Origin: Histomonas meleagridis 2922-C6/04-290x
Lineage: Eukaryota; Protista; Parabasalia
NCBI GenBank assembly: GCA_020184695.1
Contig: JAANOX010000022.1
Location: forward strand, 64,150 to 128,149
Reading direction: 5' to 3'
DNA: 64,000 nt
In this document: in pieces, positions 1 through 9,325 of the stretch
Position numbering within the stretch: position 1 is the first letter of the stretch
Layout: the number at the start of each line of letters is the position of its first letter
Translations under genes and position numbers: made by a program
Notes under the pieces: generated by a model
The model's database searches: none
The model's input: the letters and a program-made list of their open reading frames with translations, nothing else
What the model was told of the DNA's origin: nothing

Positions 1-240
1 GCTCCTTGGACCCAAGCTGAAGACAAGTTGCTTGAAGAAAAGTATCAAGAGCTTGGCCCCAGGTGGGCAAGAATTTCCAAATTCTTCACAAACAGAACTG
101 ATGTTAATATTAAAAATCATTGGGTTACCAAACATGGAAAAGTACAAAGAATGTATACAAATTATGAGTTACGTCCTACAAATGAAGAAATTACATCAAT
201 TTATTCGAATACAAAAATTCTCCAACCAAAAATAGATTAA
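1..240 (+). CDS. Myb-like DNA-binding protein, 3' part (5' end outside window)
   Basis: Frame 1 from base 1 reads APWTQAEDKLLEEKYQELGPRWARISKFFTNRTDVNIKNHW, a Myb repeat with the W-x-W-x-W spacing; stop at 238-240. Confidence 0.85.
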   Translation, partial: APWTQAEDKLLEEKYQELGPRWARISKFFTNRTDVNIKNHWVTKHGKVQRMYTNYELRPTNEEITSIYSNTKILQPKID

Positions 241-1000
241 CATGCAGATATAAAACTTTATTTATGAATTGTGCTTTTGAAGAACTATCAGTAAACAGGA
301 TTCTTTTTTTGTTGTTTATTACAAAAAAATTTTATTTATTGTTTAAAATAAACTTGAAATATTATTAAATTTTTTATCAGCTTCTTCTATTTGTTGGTTA
401 TTTTCTGATGATGAAAAATTTGAATCTGTTTTAGTTTTTGCAGTTAATTTTTGGTTTTTAGTTTTTTTAATGTAAAAATAATAAAATCAACCATAAGAAT
501 TTTAAAAACTGAACCACAAAATTACGAATCAAAAATCGCTTCGATTTGGAATTTTGTTCTGATTTTGTTTGTATTAATGTAAATAAATTCGAATAATAAA
601 TATAATACTTGGAATATTCTTCATAGGATATGTAATCATAAAAAATAATTAATGAATTATAAAAGCGTTTTAGTAATTATTGTTTGTGTAAATGAATTTG
701 AATTAGAAAATGATTTTGACTCTGTGAACATGTGTTATTTCATTTGAACGAATTGGTGAATGTGTGTGTTAGCCAAGTGTATTGATTACGTTCAAGTGAT
801 ATCACCTAGTGGCCCAAATGTTATTTCTTGATATAAATGTGTTATATATTTTGAAATTTTTTTCTAACTTCAATTAATAACATTCAATAATGAAAATGAT
901 ATCAAATTTGACGATTCATTTAAATATTAAATTTTTCTTTATTTATAAATGAGTTCTAATACAAAAATATGAAATAAATTATTTAATTACATTCACACAA

Positions 1001-2872
1001 CTAAATATTAAATTCGTCACTTTGGTTTCTAAAATCGATAATTTCTCCCTTAATATTTCTTTCGAAGTCGTCCAACTTCAGTTGTTCTTCTTTTTTGATC
1101 GCGTCTGCCTTTTGGCATTGCTGTATCACCGTCAACAATTGTCTCAATGATTGGAACGCCTCCAATTGTTTTTGGTTTTCTTCGCTTGCGATACCGATGA
1201 CTTTCTTTTGTTCATTTAAAGACTTTGTTTCCTTTGCCATATTTCGTAATGACTTTTGGAAGAAGTCCGAATACGTTTTAATATCATTCGAAATTGGTTT
1301 ACCAGTTTCCAATGCGTTTTTCTCTTCTTCGATTCTTTTGTTTTCTCGTTCGATATTATTAAACAAATTCATTAATGTATGATACTTCGTTTGATAATTA
1401 GAAATATCGTTTCGAAGTTTTTTAATTTCTTCTTCGAGTTCTAAACTGATTGTTTCATATTCATTAATTGCGTTTTGATGCTTTTGTTTCGCATATAAAT
1501 ATTTGCTCTCTAAATCGGCTTTCAATTTACGTTGTTTTTGCAATGACACAACAAATGGTTTAAGTTCAACTTGTCGAGCTTGAATACTTCGTTGGATCTC
1601 TTGTACAATTTGACTCATCTCTTCAAGCGATTTACCTTTTATGTCATCTAAATCTGCTTTCGCTGCTGAATATTGTTCAAGTTGTTGTCGCGCTTGACGA
1701 AATCCTGTTACTCCTTTTTGGCGTTCGATTTTTGCAACTTCGTTTGAGATCTTTTCTGATTGACGTCGAACTATTTCTTCTGTTCGCATCATAATCGCTA
1801 GTTCTCTTCGGACTGTGACAAGTTCAGTGTGTAATACTTTATAATTCTCGTTTTTGTTCTTAAGCATTCGAATGTATTGTGAATATTGTTCGCCTATTGG
1901 GATTTCAACGGTAACTTCTTGTTGAAGTTGCTGCAATTGTTTCGTCAAATCTGCATTCGTTTGTTTGAGTTCGTTAAGTTGTTTTTGTTTGGTGTCAAAG
2001 CGCTTTTTAGCAGCTAAAACTTGGTTTTGACAAAAGATTAATGACTTCTCATCAGTGCTTTTGCCATTGCTCTTAAGCGTTTCGAGTTCTTGTTGAAGTG
2101 ACTGAAGTCGTTTTTCCATATTTGTATGCATGTTTTTGATTCGATCAGACGCAACTTTTTGGCGATGTAATAATAACTTCTTCTCATCACTGAGACGCTG
2201 AAGTTGTTCTTGAAGTTTCATCTCGCGTTCGTTCTCTTGACGAATTTGAGCTGTAATCTTAAGAAGTCCTTCTAAATTTTGGACATTGGTCATCTTACGC
2301 TTAAAGGTGGAAATTTTGGTGGCCAAACGAGCTTTATTTGATTCGAGATCTTTAATTGTCGATTTGAGTTCATCGACATTATTGCTTCCAAGTTCTTCAT
2401 ATTCTTGATTACGTTGCTCAAAGAGATCTCGTAACTCTCGCTGTTGCGTAAGAAGTTCAGAAACAGTTGGTTCAACTTTGATTTCGTCTGGAATTGGAAC
2501 ATCTTCAAGATATTTGGCAAGATAAGCACGATGTTTCAACTCTTCAAAATTACTAAGAAGAAATAGAAGTGCTGAATGAATTAATGTACTATCTGCATTT
2601 GCTAAACGTACATCCCATTCTTCTGCTTCACAAGGAAATTCGTACTTTAAAACTCGTAGAAATTCGGATATGCGCATAACTACTGATTCCATTTTTTCTG
2701 TTCCAATTTTTTCAGGCATTGAGTTATCAATATTATAAACAACAGTATTTAGTAATTCGAGAAGTTCTTTGCCTTTAACTTCCGAAAATGAAAATAATGT
2801 AAAGCTGATACCTATTTTTTCTTTAAGAAGATGTACTATTTGCTCTTCGGAGACTTGTCCGAAAAAAGTCAT
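1001..2872 (-). CDS. IFT81: Intraflagellar transport protein 81 homologue
   Basis: 623-aa ORF; N-terminal CH-like domain and LLSNFEELKHRAYLAKYL resemble IFT81 (LLQRTNELKKRAYLARFL), followed by long coiled coils. Confidence 0.85.
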   Translation of the reverse strand: MTFFGQVSEEQIVHLLKEKIGISFTLFSFSEVKGKELLELLNTVVYNIDNSMPEKIGTEKMESVVMRISEFLRVLKYEFPCEAEEWDVRLANADSTLIHSALLFLLSNFEELKHRAYLAKYLEDVPIPDEIKVEPTVSELLTQQRELRDLFEQRNQEYEELGSNNVDELKSTIKDLESNKARLATKISTFKRKMTNVQNLEGLLKITAQIRQENEREMKLQEQLQRLSDEKKLLLHRQKVASDRIKNMHTNMEKRLQSLQQELETLKSNGKSTDEKSLIFCQNQVLAAKKRFDTKQKQLNELKQTNADLTKQLQQLQQEVTVEIPIGEQYSQYIRMLKNKNENYKVLHTELVTVRRELAIMMRTEEIVRRQSEKISNEVAKIERQKGVTGFRQARQQLEQYSAAKADLDDIKGKSLEEMSQIVQEIQRSIQARQVELKPFVVSLQKQRKLKADLESKYLYAKQKHQNAINEYETISLELEEEIKKLRNDISNYQTKYHTLMNLFNNIERENKRIEEEKNALETGKPISNDIKTYSDFFQKSLRNMAKETKSLNEQKKVIGIASEENQKQLEAFQSLRQLLTVIQQCQKADAIKKEEQLKLDDFERNIKGEIIDFRNQSDEFNI

Positions 2873-2918
2873 TTTGGAAATAACGTTTTTAACCGTTTAT
2901 ACAGTTTTCAAACTTAAA

Positions 2919-3122
2919 ATGTCAAACCCGTATGCATCCACTGCATCAAAATTCGTCCTTGAAGATGAAGGTACTGAACAAGCACACGATGATGGTGACC
3001 AGAACTGGAAGACGTTTTCCATTCCAGATATACCAGATTTAGATAATACTGCAATCGAAACAGAGCTTGCAGCAAGGTATGACTTCAATAACTTACTCCA
3101 AAAGATGCGTTCTTCTTCCTAA
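2919..3122 (+). CDS. Small acidic hypothetical protein (67 aa, MSNPYAST...)
   Basis: ATG at 2919 after AAAA, coding-like composition, TAA stop; head-to-head with IFT81. Confidence 0.5.
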   Translation: MSNPYASTASKFVLEDEGTEQAHDDGDQNWKTFSIPDIPDLDNTAIETELAARYDFNNLLQKMRSSS

Positions 3123-3239
3123 AATCATTTTTTTTGTTTTATTTACTTTTTAAAGTATATATCAAAAAAAACTTGAGCTTTTTTTTTTTTGGAAAACTCA
3201 TTTTAATATTAACAAAATCTTTCAATAAAATCATTTATT

Positions 3240-4604
3240 TCATTTTTGTTGAACCGCAAATTGCTTTTTTCGAATCTCATTTTCTATCATTGGTCCGATA
3301 TCTTCCCAATCGTCATCACCTTCGATGATTTCTCCTGGTTCACAATTCCTTCCTTTTCCCCATTCAACGAATTCCGCAAATATCTGTCTTTGAGTTTCCT
3401 CATCTCCTGCTTCTTTAAAGTCATGATACTTTCCTACGATATCTCTTGCGGCTTCGAACGAAGTACACTTTACTAAAGCAGGTGTTAGCTTTAATAACTT
3501 CATCATTAAGTCATGTTTAGTTTTAGCTTCTTTATTATGAAGTTCTTTTTCTATCAAATAATTTTTTTTAGCTATCTCATATATATATTGGATGGAATCT
3601 TCATTAATTCCATTTAACTCATTTTTAAAATGCTTAATAAAATATTCAAAATCACAATCTTCATCACTAAATGAAAGTGATGATGCTTTCTCATCAAGTT
3701 CTTTATGCCTTTCCTCAACCATATCATATATAAGATCAATTGCAGTACTACCAGTAATATTAAGTTGCATCTCACGATATTCTGGGAGTTGTGAGATTTG
3801 ATCGATGACGGTTTTGTACGTTAGTGAAGTGAACGGAATTTGATAACTTGAAACGATAGGAAATGCTGCACGTTGAAATTTGATGCGGCGAACAGCTTCA
3901 ACTTTAAGACGTTGCTCTCGATCTTCGTTGAATGTAAGAACATACTCGTCATGAACAGCTTTTTTGACTTCTGTGAAAACTTGGAATCGATCATAATTGA
4001 GAAGAATTCTCCAATCTGTGTTGTGCTTAAAATATGTAATAATGTCATCCCAGGTGGTTTCAGTTGTGAACTTCCCTGATTGAACAAGATCATACATCTT
4101 TTCTTTAAGACGTTCTTTGGCATTTTCAACTAATTTCTTTTCAAGATCAACACGCCGCTTGCGCTCAAGAACAAGCCATTCATCAATAAAACGTTCGCGT
4201 TGGTTGGGTGTTGTGTCAATTAAGCGTGGATCTGTGTCAAATCGAACGGATGTTTCTTTGAGTGTATGAAGAGCTGGTGTAGGATGGCTTATTGGATTTA
4301 GGGATTTTGGGACAGATGAGCTCATCATTTTGAAAAAATTTTGCCTTTTATATTGGATTTCTTGATGTTTTTCTATTTCGGAAGTATAATCAGAAGGGCG
4401 CTTCCATGTTGATTCTTTTGTTCTAGCATTATAGTAAAATGGATTTCCTTCGGAATCTTTGCATTTTCTCCAAAAGTAAGAAGAAGGTAATTTTTTATCT
4501 TCAGGATTTTCCCATTGTGATACTCCAGTTTTTGGATTATAATAGTAAATGCGCCCGTCACTTGAAAGAACTTCTTCCCATTTTTCCTTTCTACGACTCG
4601 ACAT
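3240..4604 (-). CDS. WW-WW/FF-domain protein, Prp40-like splicing factor
   Basis: Two N-terminal WW domains (WEEVLSSDGRIYYYNPKTGVSQWENP; WRKCKDSEGNPFYYNARTKESTWKRP) followed by FF-like helical repeats. Confidence 0.75.
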   Translation of the reverse strand: MSSRRKEKWEEVLSSDGRIYYYNPKTGVSQWENPEDKKLPSSYFWRKCKDSEGNPFYYNARTKESTWKRPSDYTSEIEKHQEIQYKRQNFFKMMSSSVPKSLNPISHPTPALHTLKETSVRFDTDPRLIDTTPNQRERFIDEWLVLERKRRVDLEKKLVENAKERLKEKMYDLVQSGKFTTETTWDDIITYFKHNTDWRILLNYDRFQVFTEVKKAVHDEYVLTFNEDREQRLKVEAVRRIKFQRAAFPIVSSYQIPFTSLTYKTVIDQISQLPEYREMQLNITGSTAIDLIYDMVEERHKELDEKASSLSFSDEDCDFEYFIKHFKNELNGINEDSIQYIYEIAKKNYLIEKELHNKEAKTKHDLMMKLLKLTPALVKCTSFEAARDIVGKYHDFKEAGDEETQRQIFAEFVEWGKGRNCEPGEIIEGDDDWEDIGPMIENEIRKKQFAVQQK

Positions 4605-4653
4605 TAAAAAAAATGGTGTGTAGAGGTGTTATAGATAAAAAATCAAAAAATTT

Positions 4654-4725
4654 TGGGTGAACCGTGAATCGAACACGGGTCTATTGAGCCACAATCAACA
4701 ATACTAACCATTATACCATTCACCC
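4654..4725 (-). tRNA. tRNA-His (GUG)
   Basis: Reverse complement GGGTGAA TGGTATAATGGTTAGTATT GTTGA TTGTGGC TCAAT AGAC CCGTG TTCGATT CACGG TTCACCC A folds as a cloverleaf; anticodon GTG; T6 Pol III terminator a few bases downstream. Confidence 0.92.
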
Positions 4726-4817
4726 CTTCATTTTTTAAAATGAAAAATTACTAATGTATTGTGCATGAATAATAGTGAGTTCACAACTGAAAATCTGATC
4801 AAAATTTGCTGGTTACA

Positions 4818-6389
4818 ATGGAAGAAGGACTGATAAAATTTCCATTATACATTCGAAAATTAACTCAAGGATCATTTCAAATGTTTGCATCACTATCAGC
4901 AACTGTACAAAGATTAAAAGAAATGATCAACCAAGAAATAGAGATTCCTATTTCTGATCAAATACTATTTTTTGATGGAAGAGAAATGGAAGACACACAA
5001 CGTTTAAGCCATTATAGTATTCAAGCTGGGTCCAATATTTATTTACATATTAAAAAGAATCCTGAAAATGTTGATTCGAGGCCAAATAGTATTCATGCAG
5101 ACATCAACACTCTTGGTAAAGAACATTTTTATATTAATGTTCAAACAACTGATCCAATAAAGATTTTAAAACAAAAAATTTTTCATGTAACTCGCATCCC
5201 AGTTGACAAGCAAATTATCATATGCAGGGGGCGGATTATGTATGATACTTTAACTTTAGATGATTATGATTACTACGGTCAATGTCATACAATATATTTA
5301 ATCACAAATCTACAACAACAATTTCCGATTACTATTGTCAGAATCCTAAATCAAAGGATTAACGTTAATATATCATTTTTCGACACGATCTATGACATAA
5401 AAGAGAAGCTTTTCCAGCAAAGACTATATCCTATTGAAGATCAACGAATATTAATACCATCAGCACAATGTGATAACTTATCATTAGCATGTGAATTTAT
5501 ATATCCATTCAAAGAAGTCTATTTTCTCTTACGAAATGATCCGATACCATTTTTTACTGATAAACCTAATTCATTTCCAATTATCGTCAAAACTTTAGAT
5601 GGAAAATGTTATACATTTTATGTAACATCAGATGAAAAAGTCATAGAATTAAAAGGACGAACAGCTTTCATACAAGGGTATCCACCACAAGATCACCGCC
5701 TTGCACATTTTGGACGACAATTAGAAAATGAACAAACACTTGGCGAATGTAATGTTGTATCTGGTTCCATTATATATGTATTCCAACGACTTAGAGGCGG
5801 TAAGCCAGTGATTTATATATATCCGAAAGAGAGAATTGACGTAAATGTTAAAGTTAATATCAAAGGCAAATTCACTTGTACATATCCAAAGTATAATACC
5901 GAAACAGGTTGGAACGTGTCAGTGAATGAAAACGGAACGATGACTAACAAAGATAACCCGAACTCGATACAATACGATAGTTTGTTCTGGGAATGTTTGT
6001 TCGATGACGAAGTCCAATTTATGTTCGACGAAGGTTTCATAGTGACAAAAGAAAGCGCAGCGACGTTTTTGGAAGAGAAGTTGCTCTACTTGGGGCTGAG
6101 GGGGAAGGAGTTGACGGGCTTCATACAGTTTTGGCTACCGAAGATACAGAGAAGCAACCGAACAATGGTTAAGTTCTTGAGCAAAGAGTACGAAGAAGTG
6201 GCGAAGCTCGACGTGACGCCGAGGCCGGACTGCGTGATCAGAGTGTTCATGATAATGATGAACTTGTGCGATGGATGCAACGCGGTGGAACTGAAGGAGC
6301 AGAACTTGGAGACGCTGCATAAGGAAAGAAGCGGATACACAGTGGTGGAATGGGGCGGCACAATCATATGCGAGGGCAGCGATAAGTAA
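4818..6389 (+). CDS. Poly-ubiquitin-like (4 UBL) fusion to a C-terminal KPVIY-type domain of unknown function
   Basis: Four ubiquitin-like repeats, the last ending RLRGG, directly followed by KPVIYIYP...YDSLFWE...FIQFWLP...PRPDCVIRVFM...VVEWGG. ATG at 4818 is preferred over the TTG at 4806. Confidence 0.85.
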   Translation: MEEGLIKFPLYIRKLTQGSFQMFASLSATVQRLKEMINQEIEIPISDQILFFDGREMEDTQRLSHYSIQAGSNIYLHIKKNPENVDSRPNSIHADINTLGKEHFYINVQTTDPIKILKQKIFHVTRIPVDKQIIICRGRIMYDTLTLDDYDYYGQCHTIYLITNLQQQFPITIVRILNQRINVNISFFDTIYDIKEKLFQQRLYPIEDQRILIPSAQCDNLSLACEFIYPFKEVYFLLRNDPIPFFTDKPNSFPIIVKTLDGKCYTFYVTSDEKVIELKGRTAFIQGYPPQDHRLAHFGRQLENEQTLGECNVVSGSIIYVFQRLRGGKPVIYIYPKERIDVNVKVNIKGKFTCTYPKYNTETGWNVSVNENGTMTNKDNPNSIQYDSLFWECLFDDEVQFMFDEGFIVTKESAATFLEEKLLYLGLRGKELTGFIQFWLPKIQRSNRTMVKFLSKEYEEVAKLDVTPRPDCVIRVFMIMMNLCDGCNAVELKEQNLETLHKERSGYTVVEWGGTIICEGSDK

Positions 6390-6420
6390 CAAGTAAACGT
6401 TATAGTACGAAGAAAACATT

Positions 6421-7587
6421 AAAACATTGTATGGAATGAGTAATGAATTCATATTGGAGTGGGAAATGTCATTAAAACATTGTATGGAATAAGTAATGAA
6501 TTCATATTGGAGTGAGAAATGTCATTAAAACATTGTATGGAATGAGTAATGAATTCATATTGGAGTGGGAAATGTCATTAAAACATTGTATGGAATGAGT
6601 AATGAATTCATATTGGAGTGAGAAATGTCATTAAAACATTGTATGGAATAAGTAATGAATTCATATTGGAGTGAGAAATGTCATTAAAACATTGTATGGA
6701 ATGAGTAATGAATTCATATTGGAGTGAGAAATGTCATTAAAACATTGTATGGAATGAGTAATGAATTCATATTGGAGTGAGAAATGTCATTAAAACATTG
6801 TATGGAATAAGTAATGAATTCATATTGGAGTGAGAAATGTCATTAAAAACATTGTATGGAATAAGTAATGAATTCATATTGGAGTGAGAAATGTCATTAA
6901 AACATTGTATGGAATGAGTAATGAATTCATATTGGAGTGAGAAATGTCATTAAAACATTGTATGGAATGAGTAATGAATTCATATTGGAGTGAGAAATGT
7001 CATTAAAACATTGTATGGAATGAGTAATGAATTCATATTGGAGTGAGAAATGTCATTAAAACATTGTATGGAATAAGTAATGAATTCATATTGGAGTGAG
7101 AAATGTCATTAAAACATTGTATGGAATAAGTAATGAATTCATATTGGAGTGAGAAATGTCATTAAAACATTGTATGGAATAAGTAATGAATTCATATTGG
7201 AGTGAGAAATGTCATTAAAACATTGTATGGAATGAGTAATGAATTCATATTGGAGTGAGAAATGTCATTAAAACATTGTATGGAATAAGTAATGAATTCA
7301 TATTGGAGTGAGAAATGTCATTAAAACATTGTATGGAATGAGTAATGAATTCATATTGGAGTGAGAAATGTCATTAAAACATTGTATGGAATGAGTAATG
7401 AATTCATATTGGAGTGAGAAATGTCATTAAAACATTGTATGGAATAAGTAATGAATTCATATTGGAGTGAGAAATGTCATTAAAACATTGTATGGAATGA
7501 GTAATGAATTCATATTGGAGTGAGAAATGTCATTAAAACATTGTATGGAATGAGTAATGAATTCATATTGGAGTGAGAAATGTCATT
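6421..7587. repeat. Minisatellite, 22 tandem copies of a 53-bp unit
   Basis: Unit AAAACATTGTATGGAAT(G/A)AGTAATGAATTCATATTGGAGTG(A/G)GAAATGTCATT; period 53 (6421, 6474, ...), one copy with an extra A; no spacers. Confidence 0.98.
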
Positions 7588-7898
7588 AAATTTTATGATA
7601 TTTTCCACTATGGTATCTGAATTAATTATTTGTTCAATGAAAAATATGGCATGTGTACAAATGAAACAAAACTATCACATTGATGTATGATAATATCAAA
7701 ATAAGTTTTATTGTTGAAATCACGAATGGAAATTACTTTCAGAAAAAGATGACTAAAGTTCTTTAATTGACACATTAAAAATTCGTTCTTCCATTTAAAT
7801 GAACATTTTTATTTTTCATTTTTATAATTATATTTTCATTTCGCTTCAACATTTTTCTTTTTAATTTAGGTCAAAGGATTTCAAACAGTGTTATTTAA

Positions 7899-8747
7899 TT
7901 ATAAAATATCAACGTTTTCGCTTGGGTACAGCTCCTGATAGATCTGCCTGAATATGTCGTCCGATTTTCCCCTCAGAACAACATCCATAAATGGCGTTGC
8001 TCTTGTTGTTTCCGTATTCACTTCGATTAAAATTGTCCCATTTTGCTTAGCGACCTCTGCAAATGACAGCACTGGGTCAACTTCGCAATGTGTTCCAACA
8101 AGAAACAGAACATCACATTTCTGAATTTCATTGTATGCACCTTTTCGGACTCCTTCGTCAATCTTATCTTGAAAGAACTTCACTGAAGGCATTAAAACAC
8201 TTTGGCATACATCACAATGAGGAGATTCACAGGTTTGCAGGACTTGTAACAAGTCAACATTTTTCTTTTGTTTACATTTCTCACAAAATCCGTAATCGTC
8301 AACCGCTCCATGCAATTCAAAAATTCTATCGTTGGAATTTTTGAATGTGTGTAAAGAATCAACGTTTTGTGTGATTATCGAGGAAACTACATGCTTTTGA
8401 ACAAGCTCATGTAATATCTTATGCGCAAGAGATGGTTTTAAATCACCTTGAAGTTGAAGATTCCGAATGTTAGCAATTAATTTCCATGCTATATTTGGAT
8501 CTTCATAAAATTTTTCTCTCGAATAATTCGGAATACTAAGGGCTTCCCATAGCCCGTTATGATTGTTTGACCGAAAGGTCGGAAGTGCATGTGAAGAAAT
8601 GCCAGCACCTGTTATAACACACACTGATCCTGAATATTGTCGAATTAATCGTGCTGCTTCTTCAACTGTATTTTCACATTCCAATCTATAGCCCGCATCT
8701 ATATCTTTAATTTCAAAATTGCCAAGATTGGAAAATAGTATTCCCAT
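7899..8747 (-). CDS. Sir2-family NAD-dependent deacylase (sirtuin)
   Basis: GAGISS, TQNVDSLH, ELHG, CxxC...CxxC zinc motif, VGT and VN motifs. Confidence 0.92.
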   Translation of the reverse strand: MGILFSNLGNFEIKDIDAGYRLECENTVEEAARLIRQYSGSVCVITGAGISSHALPTFRSNNHNGLWEALSIPNYSREKFYEDPNIAWKLIANIRNLQLQGDLKPSLAHKILHELVQKHVVSSIITQNVDSLHTFKNSNDRIFELHGAVDDYGFCEKCKQKKNVDLLQVLQTCESPHCDVCQSVLMPSVKFFQDKIDEGVRKGAYNEIQKCDVLFLVGTHCEVDPVLSFAEVAKQNGTILIEVNTETTRATPFMDVVLRGKSDDIFRQIYQELYPSENVDIL

Positions 8748-9325
8748 CTGAAAACAAAGTTTAATCCAATCAAACTAAGTCAAAAATTCAATGAAAATAA
8801 CGGTTTATATGTTTTGGTCCTGCGTCATTTAAGGATGTGAAACGAAGGAAAAAGTTTTGTGTCTTTGTTAAATTAAATATAAATCTAACTTAAATTATAA
8901 GGAAGTAAATTTATTTAATGGAATAGTAGTAAGCTGGCATACAAGTAGATTTTTTTTTTTAAGAATTATCATCGTGAAATTCAAAATTATTCATTTTATT
9001 TCTTTTTATAATCATATTCCATGGAATCACCTTTAAATTCATTATGAATAAAACAATTCGCAATGCTGAAAGTCAAGTAATTTTACTGTAATGAATGTAG
9101 AAATATGAATATTTTTACAAATTAATTTGTGAAATAATTTGGAATTTAATTGAAGTTTTTGTGATGTTTGCATGTATTTAATTTATTGTTGTTGAGGAGC
9201 ACTTTCATATGAAACAAAGAAAATTTTGGTGTGTTAGGATCAAAAGTATATCAAAAAGTGTTTAGTTTACAACTCTCAATGAATTTGATAAAGCACTATC
9301 AATAATTTGAATATTAAATGAGCAA

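Noticed and set aside
1095-1382. Antisense and alternate-frame ORFs nested in long genes (this one and the many similar ones in the track)
   Set aside because: Shadow ORFs of real genes on the other strand or frame.
6421-7587. CRISPR array
   Set aside because: Units abut with no unique spacers, there are no cas genes, and the context is eukaryotic.
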